Below, piece by piece: positions 39,501-64,000 of a stretch of 64,000 nt of DNA (position 1 is its first letter; each line of letters begins with the position of its first letter). Under the pieces are notes generated by a model, which was given only the letters and a program-made list of their open reading frames with translations, was not told where the DNA came from and did no database searches. Origin of the DNA: Octopus vulgaris (taxonomy: Eukaryota); contig OX597833.1 in NCBI GenBank assembly GCA_951406725.2, forward strand, positions 48,050,001-48,114,000, given 5' to 3'. The position numbers and the translations under genes are program-made.

Positions 39501-42500
39501 GCCTGTGCCTGCGTATCGAAGGAAATTGAGATTTAGATAAGATCAAATCAATTTAGGTCAAGCAGCTTTCATTATATATTGTTGAAAGTGGACTGTCCTG
39601 AGGACGTATAATTAAATTCCCAAGACAATAAATTCAAAAATAAAAACCAAGGTCAATCCTTTCTATAATGAGTAATCGTTACATAATTACCAAATTAAAC
39701 TGTTAGCTGTAAAATTAAGTTTGCTGATAAGGATACCATATTTTCTGGCATTCATGCCATATTTTTCAGACTAAAATTTACAGCCATAAAAGTAAGTCGG
39801 TTTATACACCAAGACAACTTTGAAGGACCAAAAGTTCCAAGTGAAGTGCAACAGTATTTGGAAAGATAGAGATGGTGTTTGAGTGCTTACATGGTACAAT
39901 TATACTATATACTATGTCGACTTGTATGCTGGAATATATGGTAATAATCGATTTGAATAATAGTTTTAAACTGTTTCCTGAAGGAAAATCCCATTTATAA
40001 GATACCAGTGCTGGGGGCACGTAAGAGAACCATACGAACGTGGCCGTTGCCAGTGCCGCCCCGACTGGCCTCTGTGCTAGTGGCACGTAAAAAGCACCAT
40101 CCGATCGTGGCCGTTGCCAGACTCGCCTGGCCTCCGTGCCGGTGGCACGTAAAAAGCACCATCTGATCGTGGCCGTTTGCCAGCCTCGCCTGGCCTCCAT
40201 GCTGGTGGCACGTAAAAAGCGCCCACTACACTCACGGAGTGGTTGGCGTTAAGAAGGGCATCCAGCCGTAGAAACATTGCCAGATCAGACTGGGCCTGGT
40301 GCGGCCTTCTGGCTTCCAAGACCCCAGTTGAACCGTCCAACCCATGCTAGCATGGAAAGCAGACGCTAAACGATGATGATGATGAAGATATGATTATGAA
40401 AAAGATTTCAAAATTGTTCTTAACCTTTGCAAAACATATGACTTACTTTATATTCAATAATAAATTCACAGATCTTCTGAATATCTTTATTCAATAATGA
40501 CCGCTTCAGCTCTGCTTTGATAATATACTACAAATAAAATAATAATTAAAAACAATTATAATGAAGCAAAAGAACTCATTATTATTTACTGTTTTTTTAT
40601 ATATTATGATGCAAAAGAAATTAGTTCAATCAAATATCTTTTCCTTAGAGAAAGGCGCATGGCTCAGTGGTTAGAGCATCGAGCTTACGATCATGAGGTT
40701 GTGAGTTTGAATCCTGGACCAGGCTGCATGTTGTGTTCTTGTGCAAGACACTTTATTTCGTCACAGATGCCAAGCTGTATCGGCCTTTACCTTTCCCTTG
40801 GATAACACTGGTGACGTGGAGAGGGGAGGCCGGTATGCATGGGCAACTGCTGGTCTTCCATAAACAACCTTGCCTGGGCTTGTACCTCAGTGGGGAACTT
40901 ACTAGGTGCAATCCCATGGTCAGTCATGACCGAAGGGGTGTCTCTCAGTATAATTGCAATTATTTCTCACTTGGAAACTTGCATTCTATCACCAATACCT
41001 CATTCTCATCACCTGTTGGATGTTAGCAACAGATTCCTAGATGTTCCTGGCTGACAGTCATAAGTGCTAATATCACAACTCCTTCAGCTGTCTTAATTGC
41101 TGTCCTAACTTTTCCTATTATGAGTTACTCAACAACTTCCTGTCATAGACCAAAGACATTTTAAGTTATCAAGCTTGGTGACTTCAAAGTCATATCTCAC
41201 CTTTACTTTCTTACTCCACCTATACAAATTTGACTGGTTTAACCCTTTAGCTGCGAAGCTAACTTTCATGGTTATTCAACTAACGATATTAAATATCTAC
41301 CAAAAGCTAGAATTGGCATTTTCTGCAAGTCATGCCTCAATAAACTTGACATATCTCAACAAAATGTGATTTAACCCTTTAGCTTTTAAACCGGCCATAT
41401 CCAGCCAAAAGTATTCTGCCTGTTTTATGGTCAAACTGGCCATATCTGGTCTCTCATGCTAACCCTACAATATCGTTTTAAAACTTAACAGCTACCTTAT
41501 CAAAATCTCATAGCTACAAGGTAATGCATGATTAATTCAAAACAATGTGGATGAAGAAGCATTAATTTTGGTAGAATAATGTGAACACTAAAGGGTTAAA
41601 GTCAAGTTGAGCAGTTATAAAAACCCTGGATTTTTGGAAAAACTTTAGTGTTTGTTGGATGTAACTGAACTCCACGACACTCACTCCTTTGAGACATTGA
41701 TGATTTTCATGCCATGTCCAAAGAAAATCACAACACTATAATACCTTGCTATGTATGGTATTAGGGATACTTGTTATACAGGGTAGCATAATTATACATG
41801 AACTTTTACAGTGCATTTCAATAGCGGTGTAACTTACCTGGATGCTTACGTATACACCATGGTAAGTTTCATATAATGTTCTATGCATTTTAGGCTTTAA
41901 AGGAACTTCAAACGGTAGCTTTGTTTTTCCTGGTGGAATCTTACCTGGTTTAGCTACATCTATCAAATATTGCAGAAGACATATCGGCTATAAAATATAT
42001 AAAAAGAAAGAGATAGATTAGAGATGTCAGGAAAATTAAACAACATTGTTTAAGATGAATTATAATACAGGTGCAAGTATGGCTGTGTGGTAAGAAGTTT
42101 GCTTCCCGATCATGTGGTTCTGGGTTCAGTCCCACTGCACAGCATCTTGGGTAAGTGTCTTCTACTATAGCCTCAGGGTGACCAAAGCCTTGTGAGTGGA
42201 TTTGGTAGACAGAAAGAAAAAGAAGCCTGTCATATATATGACAACCGGGGTTGGTGTGTTTACATCCCCATAACTTAGCAGTTTGGCAAAATGGACCAGT
42301 AGAATAAATACCAGGCTTAATAAATAAACACTAGGACTGATTTGGCTAAAAGCTGAGGGTTGGTGCCCCAGCATGGCCAGTCTAATGACTGAAACAGATA
42401 AAAGACAAAAAAAGAATACATGTGATCTATAAATAATTATACACAACAGATTTAGCAGTAAAATAATTAATTCAGTTAAAAATATTTCATTATTTTAATG

Positions 42501-44998
42501 AATTTCAATAATTTCTGCTTTTAATAATATACCTTCTGAATTGTTAAAGAAATCTATTCTTTTATCTTTTACTTGTTTCAGTCATTGGACTGCAGTCATA
42601 CTGAGGCACTGCCTTGAAAGGTTTACTTAAATCAACCCCCCGAACTTTTTTAAAGTATGGTACTCATTCGACCAATCTCTTATGCTAAGTTATGGGGATG
42701 CAAACATAACCAACATTGGTTGACAAGAAGCAAGGGGCATTAAAACAAACACACATACATCATCATTATCATCATCATTAAGGCAGCAAGTTGGCAGAAT
42801 CATTTGAACGCAGGGCAAAATGCTTAGCTGCATTTCGTCTGTCTTTATGTTCTGAGTTCAAATTCCACCTGAGGTCGATTTTTGCCTTTCATCCTTTCAG
42901 GGTCGATAAATTAAGTTCCAGTGAAATACTGGGATTGATGTAATTGAATAGTCCCCTTCCCCAAAATTTCAGATTGGTGAATGCAATTGTCTTCCCAAAA
43001 GCAACATATGGATGCGAAACCTGGACACTAAAGAAAGCTGACCAGAAGAGAATTAATGCATTCGAGCTTTGGTGTTGGAGAAGACTTTTACGGATTCCAT
43101 GGACAGCGAGGCTCACCAATGGAGAAGTTCTTAAGCAGATCAGGCCGAAAATGTTGCTAGAAGCTAGGATCACCAAGCGTAGATTGGCATATTTCGGTCA
43201 TATTATGCGGAGAAAATCCCTGGAGAAGGACATCATGCTCGGAATGGTCAGTGGCAAAAGAGGAAGAGGCTGACCAAGAACCCGCTGGCTTGACACCATC
43301 AAGAGTGATGCCAAAATGGACAATCTGAAAGAAGCGGCCCAGGATAGAACTGACTGGAGGACACTGATCCAATGAGTAACCGAGAGTCGACTTCGACTGA
43401 GCGGATAGATAGATAGTGCCTTTAGTAGAAAGGATTATTTTCATCAACATTTAATGTCCATTTTCCATGCTGGGATGGGTTGGATGGCTTGACAGGAAGT
43501 GGCAAGGGTCAGGGGCCACACCAAGTTCCATAGTCTGTTCTGGCTTGACTTCAATGGCTGGATGCCCTTCCTAAAACCATCCACTTTACAGAGTGTGCTG
43601 GGTGCTTTTTACCTGGCACCAGCACCCACACCAATGCTTTTTATGTAGTACCTTAGTTTTAGGATCTCAATTCTGTTGTAGTGGACAGGTCTTCTCAAGT
43701 ACAGCAATGTGCCTCATATCTCGGTCCTCTATAAATCTCTTTCATAAGGTTCAGCATTTGAAATCAGCCTTCAATTGTAATAATAATATAAATATATATG
43801 ACAAGCTTCCATACAGTTTCCATCAACCAACTTCACTAGCAAGGCATTGGGCAGCCTGAGGCTATAGTAGAAAACTCTTATCTGAAGTGCTGTGGAGTGG
43901 GTCTGAACCTGAAAACACATGGTTGGAAAGCGAGTTTCTTAACCACACAGTGATGCCTAAATATTTATTTTAAATAATTTTACAATGGAAACATTTATAA
44001 GGCATAAAAAAAACAAAAGAAAACAAAAAAAAAAACAAAGACAAAATGTATATATACTTTAACCGAGTTGTAGAATGCTTCAAAGAGCCCGACACTTTTG
44101 GGGCTAAGTTGCAAATTAACAGTTCCATCGATGCTAAGCACAATACCTTGGTGATGAACTTCTGATTTGCTTTGAATAATAACTACACCAGAAAGTAAAT
44201 CCTGGAAGAAAAGTAGGAGATAAGAATCAGAATTTTGTTAACAAGTTGAAATCTAATTTAACAGAATAAATAAAGATAAGGATTAAAGGAGGGAGAAAAA
44301 TATGAGCTGTAGATAAATTATATGCAAAAAAGGCAAAACTATTCGCATTGTATAGAAGCCGAGTAAAGTGTTATCAAATATAAAAACAACAATATTATGA
44401 CTATAAACATGATCACGTGAAGAAGACTACTTCAAGAGAATTGGTGAATTAAAGGATGTTAGTCTCCTCATTTTTATACTTTTTAAAGATTTATCAACGA
44501 ATTCTTGACAATAATTTTCATAGAAAATTAACTAAAATGTATTATTAGTGAATAATTTACTCATATAGTCGCGTGAAATATAAACAATTAGCTAAGAGTC
44601 CCTTTTCGTTATTAAGACGGAATGAATAGAGTTTAATTAACGGCGATGCTTCGATATAACATTTCCATTTGAAAAGCAATATTTTCACAAAATCGTGAAA
44701 TAATATTTAAAAAAAAATAAACACTGCATTTGAAAGGGACAAGCCCGTATCCTTTTTAATATGCTAGAAACTACTGCTAGCATAGTGTAAGTGAAAAGGT
44801 ATCCTACACGCCCCCATGTATAATTTTATCAAAATAAATGAATAATAAATAAATTAAGCTTATAGTTCACCACAAATGTCAGCGCATATTAATCAAATCA
44901 ACATCCAGAACAAATAATGAAACTAGAAAACTTCTACCTACACCTTCACGGTATACTTTGCTTGCTCGCTTTAATTTAATGTCTAAGATCGTCGCCAT
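30877..44998 (-). CDS. VPS26C: VPS26C/DSCR3 (Retriever complex subunit), complete 9-exon CDS, 298 aa
   Basis: Exons 44998-44942, 44201-44058, 41987-41838, 40527-40447, 38108-38031, 37925-37845, 37016-36920, 35516-35391 and 30959-30877 all have GT-AG boundaries and consistent phases, total 897 nt. The translation MATILDIKLKRASKVYREG...GTVNLQLSPKSVGLFEAFYNSVK...LYETYHGVYVSIQ...IQLVRVETCGCAEGY...TEIQNIQLAEGDVCR...PIYMVFPRLFTCPTL...NFPLKLTRF* is collinear with recalled VPS26C motifs. Confidence 0.97.
31057..31443 (+). mobile_element. Non-autonomous Helitron, family A, in the last VPS26C intron
   Basis: A|TCTTTATATATAAAAG ... cccgagcaacgccgggcgatactgCTAG|T; internal tandem duplication. Confidence 0.88.
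32098..32139 (+). ncRNA. Hammerhead ribozyme motif, stem III damaged (inverted sister copy at 31809-31853, minus)
   Basis: acac-CTGAAGA-a-GGCTG gagggtatat CAGCC-GAAAC-gtgtt; sister copy reads acac-CTGATGA-a-GGCTG...CAGCC-GAAATGTT-atgtt. Confidence 0.65.
35391..35516 (-). CDS. VPS26C: VPS26C exon 8 (ATEIQNIQLAEGDVCRNLSIPIYMVFPRLFTCPTLATNNFKI)
   Basis: Long polypyrimidine tract then ctaacag; donor gtgagc; 126 nt. Confidence 0.96.
35600..35893 (+). repeat. Tandem duplication of about 150 bp upstream of the VPS26C exon 8 acceptor
   Basis: caaaagaaatatttgaaat...gtgcatattcaagaaaaaa occurs twice, nearly identical. Confidence 0.9.
36920..37016 (-). CDS. VPS26C: VPS26C exon 7 (LVVDFCETAIKSIEIQLVRVETCGCAEGYANE)
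   Basis: Acceptor cttttcag, donor gttggt; 97 nt; ends in phase 1. Confidence 0.95.
37845..37925 (-). CDS. VPS26C: VPS26C exon 6 (DKNIPDFKVTGMIDSLNLSITKPLTGE)
   Basis: Acceptor ctgtacag, donor gtgagt; 81 nt. Confidence 0.93.
38031..38108 (-). CDS. VPS26C: VPS26C exon 5 (NDEERAVPKPQPVTISPDTLTNMKGN)
   Basis: Acceptor tatttcag, donor gtatgt; 78 nt. Confidence 0.92.
38974..39263 (+). mobile_element. mariner transposase C-terminal fragment with right TIR
   Basis: YSPDIAPLDFHLFRSL...FFAMKPPQFWEEGIFKLKERWRRIVQRNGSYLVD*, then aactttccggacaacccaa|TA. Confidence 0.88.
40447..40527 (-). CDS. VPS26C: VPS26C exon 4 (YIIKAELKRSLLNKDIQKICEFIIEYK)
   Basis: Acceptor tttgtag, donor gtaagt; 81 nt. Confidence 0.95.
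41375..41595. mobile_element. piggyBac-like (TTAA) MITE; other copies at about 5080-5500, 29380-29565, 33870-34745 (split), 62617-62836 and 62841-63060
   Basis: TTAA|CCCTTTAG...CTAAAGGG|TTAA. Confidence 0.8.
41838..41987 (-). CDS. VPS26C: VPS26C exon 3 (PICLLQYLIDVAKPGKIPPGKTKLPFEVPLKPKMHRTLYETYHGVYVSIQ)
   Basis: Acceptor ttttatag, donor gtaagt; 150 nt; overlaps ORF 41736..41966. Confidence 0.96.
42972..43416 (+). mobile_element. RTE (BovB-like) LINE 3' end inserted in a SINE
   Basis: YGCETWTLKKADQKRINAFELWCWRRLLRIPWTAR...RLAYFGHIMRR...GKRGRG*; (GATA)n tail. Confidence 0.9.
44058..44201 (-). CDS. VPS26C: VPS26C exon 2 (DLLSGVVIIQSKSEVHHQGIVLSIDGTVNLQLSPKSVGLFEAFYNSVK)
   Basis: Acceptor ttcttccag, donor gtatat; 144 nt. 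Confidence 0.96.
44942..44998 (-). CDS. VPS26C: VPS26C exon 1 (MATILDIKLKRASKVYREG)
   Basis: ATG at 44998; donor gtaggt; phase 0. Confidence 0.95.
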
Positions 44999-45152
44999 AA
45001 TGTTGTTATAATAAACATCGGAGCCGCTTAAGTCAAATATAAATATCAATTAAGGCTAAAAGCATAATTGGTTTTTTTAAGCACTGGGAATAAATAAATA
45101 AATATTCAGAATTTATTTTTGAGTAACGATATATATATATAAATATATATTT

Positions 45153-45460
45153 TAGGTAGTATTTAAGAAGAGTGGTCCCGGTGCGCGCAGTCGCGCATCC
45201 GCGCTAGCTAGTCGTGACTAGTCGATACTTACTTTGTGTTTTATTTACTTTGTTTAAAAAATTATTTACTTTCTGTTTTTGCATTTTATTTACTTTGTCT
45301 TAAAAAAATATCCCAAAATTATTTACTTTGTATAAATAAATAATTTATTTTGTGTTTTATTTGCTTTGCTAAGTAGTCGTTGTAGGATCGACTAGTCACG
45401 ACTAGTTAGCGTGGATGCGCGAGTGCGCGCACCGGGACCACTCTTCTTAAATAGTTCCTA
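45153..45460. mobile_element. Foldback/MITE with 74-bp CpG-rich inverted arms
   Basis: 45153-45226 is the near-perfect reverse complement of 45387-45460; the AT-rich interior is made of tttatttactttg subrepeats; the right end is partly duplicated at about 45480-45632. Confidence 0.8.
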
Positions 45461-45894
45461 TATTTCAAACTTTACATTATCTGTTGTATTTTATTTACTT
45501 TGTCTTAAAAAGATTATTTACTTTGTGTAAAAAAATTATTTATTTTGTGTTTTATTTACTTTGCTGGGTAGTCGTTGTAGGATCGTCTAGTCTTCTTAAA
45601 TAGTACCTATATTTTAAACTTTACATTATCTGAACAAGATTTACATAAAGTTATATAAGTGAGGGTTAGAGAAGAGGCCTTAAAGGATGGCTTGCCGAAT
45701 CTCATTTTCAGAATGAAAGTATTAAAAAAAGAGTCGGATGTTAGGCTAGTTTCGCTTTCGACAGAAGCAATTCCACTTATTATATTTCCTTTTCAACTTC
45801 TCGGCGATATTCAGCCACATAACTTATATGTCAGTAGTTCAATGCCACCTGTAGTCACCTATATATAAAAAAAGAAAGGAAAAAAAGCATTTTT

Positions 45895-46083
45895 AAGAAA
45901 TTTGCATAATTTAAACAAAAAAAAATGAACCAAGGGAAATAACTCAGAGTAGCGTGTAGCAGAATTTAAACATCATAGACAAATACAGGTTTGTCTGTCG
46001 TTCAAATACATGCTATTGGCCATTCTGAGTTATTTCTCTTAGCTCTTTTTTTTTTTGTTTAAATTATGCAAATTAAATTTCTT
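45895..46083. repeat. About 190-bp imperfect hairpin element
   Basis: aagaaatttgcataatttaaacaaaa...gaaataactcaga versus tctgagttatttc...ttttgtttaaattatgcaaatt. Confidence 0.7.
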
Positions 46084-46542
46084 GGATCTTTTCGGTTTGA
46101 ACGGCAGTTTTTTCTAGCGGTGTCATATGAAATTGTCACCCATAATTATGACCCTAGTATCGATCTATTGCATTTCAACCTGTTTTAGGGTTAGGGTTAG
46201 AGTTAGAGTTAGTTAGGGTTATGGTTAGGGTTAAGGTTAGGGGTGGGGGAAGTGTATCTTTTTTTCTTCACAAATGTAAATAAACCTAATCTGTTGTTTA
46301 AACGAGGGACATATTCATACGGCACAGAATGTTTTCACCTCAATAGACGTCATTGAATGGTTGAAATTGCAGAAATTGAAGCAAAAAAAAAACAACAAAT
46401 ATCTTACAAACTATAGAATTTTCTCAATAAAGCCAAGAGGAAAAGATGTTTTATAAACACATTCTACCAGTTTACGAAGTTTAAAAGTGTTTAGTTACAT
46501 GGAAATTATTTTAAAAAACTGCCGTTCAAACCGAAAAGATCC
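46084..46542. mobile_element. TTAGGG-containing MITE, copy 1 (others 47585-48025 plus 48025-48172, 49043-49418 plus 49419-49583; decayed piece at about 26917-27020)
   Basis: TIR GGATCTTTTCGGTTTGAACGGCAGTTTTT / AAAAACTGCCGTTCAAACCGAAAAGATCC; internal degenerate (TTAGGG)n. Confidence 0.85.
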
Positions 46543-46569
46543 GGTATAAATTATACAAATGAAATTTCT

Positions 46570-47382
46570 TTATTACTCACAAGGGGCGAAATACAGGGGG
46601 GGACAATACAGCCTGATTGGGGTCAGACACTCAAGCGTGCAGGACGGCTTCCCTATCCTGCCTGCATCCTGGACAGTCCGTAAGTCTAGATTGGCCGTGT
46701 CGTGCGAGATTATCCCGAACAGGTAAAGCTCCTCGGTAGCATTGCTAGGCCAGGGATTTTTAAAATGTACATGATATAATGAAATCGAATGAAATACAAC
46801 AAGGACAAAATACAAACATGAAATGAAGCAGAGAGATGGGTTACGCTCCGACCCCACGAGCCCCAATCTCCTACTGGAACCTTTGTGACATGTTCACGAG
46901 GAATCTTTCATTCCCAGCACCCTCGTAACATGCAACCACCTTTCTTTGAACATTTTCTCTGACAGGCATCTTCTCTCCAGCCTCACCTTCCTTTTAAGGT
47001 GGAAGATAAAAAATCTCACTAACCCGAGACCGGAGACGAAGTCGCCTGTCGCCAAACCTTTCATTCGCGTCTTCCATACCACCTCCTTCGCAATTGCTAC
47101 TACTGCGAGAAATCAATGCTTACCTTCTTTCGTGAGGAAATGCGGCGGGTCAATTTTTACAATTGACTCAGACGACAGCTGTACTCTTCTCGAACCTGAC
47201 AGCAGATGTTCTGCATAAGCCCACACTTCAGACACTCCCGGACACTGAACAAAAGCGTGCAGGACGGTTTCCTTATCCTGTCTGCATCTTGGAGAGTCCG
47301 TAAGTCTAGATTGACCGTGTCGTGCGAGCTTATCATGAACGGGTAAAGCTCCTCGGTAGCATTGCTAGGCCAGGGATTTTTG
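46570..47382 (-). mobile_element. L1/Tx1-clade LINE 3' fragment with internal duplication
   Basis: Decayed C-terminal CCHC knuckle (C..C....ETVLHAFVQC..V..VW) and AKEVVWKTRMK; about 130-bp direct repeat at 46633-46760 and 47253-47380. Confidence 0.75.
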
Positions 47383-50085
47383 GAAATTATCTTTAAATTA
47401 TACAAATTAAGTCATAAATGTGTTCTACTCTATTTTAAAGTCTAAGTTCCTTGGTTACTGGAGTTGAGGTCGAGCAATTGTTATGCTTATGGCAGAAACA
47501 TATGTCCGCAACTACACAGGTCTACAGAATTTGGGGATAGAAATGTTTCTGATTAATAGACAAGTGCTTCTGAAGCACTTTTTCGGGATCTTTTCTGTTT
47601 GAACGGCAGTTTTTAACATAATTTCTAGGTAACTAAAAATTTTTAAACTTCGTATACTGGTAGAATGTGTTTATAAAACATCTTTTTCTCTTGGCTTTAT
47701 TGAGAAAATTCTATAGTTTGTAAGATATTTGTTGTTTTTTTTTCTTCAATTTCTGCAATTTCAACCAATCAATGACGTCCATTGAGGTAAAAAAAACATT
47801 CTGTGCCGTATGAATATGTCCCTCATTTAAGAAACAGATTGGGTTTATTTACATTTGTGAAGAAAAAAGATACCCTTCCCCCCACCTCTAACCCTAATCA
47901 ACCCTAACTAACCCTAACCCTAAAACAGATTGAAATGCAATAGATCGATACTAGGGTCATAATTATGGGTGACAATTTCATATGACACCACTAGAAAAAA
48001 CTGCCGTTCAAACCGAAAAGATCCCAAATATCTTACAAACCATAGAATTTTCTCAATAAAGCCAAGAGAAAATGATGTTTTATAAACACATTCTACCAGT
48101 ATACGAAGTTTTACATTTTTTTAGTTACCTAGAAATTATGTTAAAAACTGCCGTTCAAACCGAAAAGATCCCAGTCATGTTCATTTTTAGTGTCCTCGTT
48201 TGTGAGAGCAGTTGAGTTTATTTCAGATATTCTCATTTTAAAAATCATCAGCTAATCGTTGAGAGGACATTGGTGTTACCTTGGCGGAGGTTTGTGCTGA
48301 GTGCTCTTGTTAAGTTTGGTATAATGAAGATGGCAAACTGGCAGAAGCATTAGCACGCCGGGCGAAATGCTTTGCAGTATTTCGTCTGCCGAGGTGACTT
48401 TGCCTTTCATCCTTTCCGGGTCGATAAATTAAGCACCAGTTACGCACTGGGGTCGATGTAATCGACTTAATACCTATGTCTGTCCTTGTTTGTCCCTTCT
48501 GTGTTTAGCCCCTTGTGGGTAATAAAGAAATAGGTATAATGAATGCTTATGAAACTTTGTTAATAAGGTTGCAAAGTGAGATTCTTACCACACTCCCATA
48601 TCTATACCATTTTATGTCATTTTAATGCATTTTTTGCCACATACTTCGAGTCTTTTGATACCTTAGAAATAATTTTCTTCCAAGTTATCAGTGAATGGAA
48701 GGTCAACAAGTTCAGGGAAGGGGGTGAGTCAATTACATCAACCCCAGTGCTCAACTTGCACTTATTTTATTGATCTCAAAGGGAAGAAAGGCAGAGTCAA
48801 CAAAAGTGGAATAGTGAACATTCAACGCTCCTGTCAAACCATCCAACCCATGCCAGCGTGGAAAACGGACGTTAAACGATGATGGTGATCATGATGACAA
48901 TGATGATTTCACCGACATATCGAGTGAAATGAGATGTGAATGTGATGCCTATTTACTGTTAGAGTATAAAAAGGGACTGCTCAACACTAGAGCATTCAAG
49001 GATATCTAAGAAACAGAGATATCTTCCTTCATAATAACATTTGGGATCTTTTCGGTTTGAACGGCAGTTTTTTAAAATAATTTCCACGTAACTAAACACT
49101 TTTAAACTTCGTATACTGGTAGAATGTGTTTATAAAACATCTTTTTCTCTTGGCTTTATTGAGAAAATTCTATAGTTTGTAAGATATTTGTTGTTGTTTT
49201 TTTTTCTTCAATTTCAACCAATCAGTGACGTCTATTGGTTTAAGAAACAGATTGGGTTTATTTACATTTGTGAAGAAAAAAAGATACCCTTCCCCCCACC
49301 CCTAACCCTAACCCTAAAACAGATTGAAATGCTATAGATCGATACTAGGGTCATAATTATGGTTGAGAATTTCATATGACACCGCTAGGAAAAGCTGCCA
49401 TTCAAACCGAAAAGATCCGATATTTGTTGTTGTTTTTTCTTCAATTTCTGCAATTTCAACCAATCAATGACGTCTATTGAGGTGAAAACATTCTGTGCCG
49501 TATGAATATGTCCCTCGTTTAAGAAACAGATTAGGTTTATTTACATTTGTGAAGAAAAAGATACCCTTCCCCTAACCCTAACCATTGTAAGAAAGGAAAT
49601 TAATTAACTCGACTCTGTAGAATAAATACTTATTTGTATTGGACACCTGATATAAAAATAATAAACCTTTACACGAAGGACCAATATTGTGAATGAGAAT
49701 GAGACATCAACGTCAACCATTCAACACACACACACACATACTCCCTCTCTCTCTTCCTCTTTGAATATACGTGTGTGTTAAGGGTGGCCAAATTAAGACA
49801 TTAAGAAAATGAATAATAAAAATAAAGAAAACATGCTTGTGAAATATGAGGATTAGTTGTTAAGGCTGTTGCTAAGTGTACTGACTCGTCACATAAGATT
49901 GGCTTGAAGGGAAACGAAGATCAAGATATTGATTTTCAACAGCTTACCATTATGAGTGAGCTTTATAAACAACATTCTAAAAAGTACGATATGATTCAGA
50001 TAACATTCTAATCAAAGTTACTAACACACCATAGTTATTTTAAACCGAAATACTTATGCGGGAAAGAACTACTTTTATTAGTGGT

Positions 50086-50097
50086 GTTGCCAGTAAC
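50086..50097 (+). promoter_or_regulatory. RFX X-box (GTTGCCAGTAAC)
   Basis: Exact match to GTNRCC(N0-3)RGYAAC, ending 1 nt before the ATG of a predicted axonemal gene. Confidence 0.6.
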
Positions 50098-50098
50098 A

Positions 50099-63528
<13,430 letters not shown>

Positions 63529-64000
63529 GTAATTATTTCCTTTTATATTTCGTTTGCAAGATTCTTGATGTGAACTCATGTGTTGAAACAGATTTTATTG
63601 TATGTTGGAATGTCATGATGTCAATAATAAACACACATACACACACTGGTTTTATTTCACTTCTTTTATTATTAGTCAATTAGTTGAAATCGAAATTGAA
63701 ATCAAATTCAACGACTGGCATCCATGCTAGTGGAGCGTTAAGAGCACCATCCGAGTGTGATCGTTGCCTGAGTGGCTAACTGGCTTCTGTGCCGATGGCA
63801 AGTAAAAAGCACCATTCGAGCATGATCATTACCAGCGTTTCCTTACTGGCACATGAAAAAACATTCGAGCAAGGTCGTTGCCAGTGCCACTGGACTGGCT
63901 CCTGTGCAGGTGGCACATAAAAAACCACCATTTGAGCGTGGCAGTTGCTAGTATCGCCTGACTGGCCCTCATGCTGGTGGTATGTAAAATCACCCACTAC

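Noticed and set aside
46184-46245. Chromosome end or fusion telomere
   Set aside because: The TTAGGG units are short, degenerate and always internal to a TIR-bounded MITE.

Overview
AT-rich, extremely repeat-dense eukaryotic DNA. The SINE, LINE, MITE and microsatellite repertoire suggests an octopod cephalopod (inference). Nearly all ORFs in the supplied track are spurious readings of repeats. Two real spliced genes, arranged head-to-head about 5.1 kb apart, can be rebuilt by hand from GT-AG exons. One is a complete 9-exon VPS26C/DSCR3 (Retriever subunit; minus strand, CDS 44998->30877, 897 nt, 298 aa). The other is the first 4 exons of a SAXO/FAM154-like axonemal microtubule-stabilising protein (plus strand, from 50099, running off the window), with an RFX X-box next to its ATG. 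Bases 1-30.8 kb show no convincing coding exon. The most unusual signal is a set of at least six different type-I hammerhead-ribozyme folds: 3789+, 4589+, 9838-, 19587+, 31809-/32098+ and 59458-. They sit in short non-coding elements, mostly inserted in (TA)n tracts, and have palindromic or near-palindromic stem III. One shows an A3-U8 core covariation, one has a long branched stem II, and one is fused to a tRNA-type Pol III head. Together they look like a non-autonomous Penelope/retrozyme-like ribozyme system. Also notable are locus-specific inverted duplications that should form long intronic dsRNA, and a nest of hairpin and TTAGGG-bearing MITEs between the two genes.
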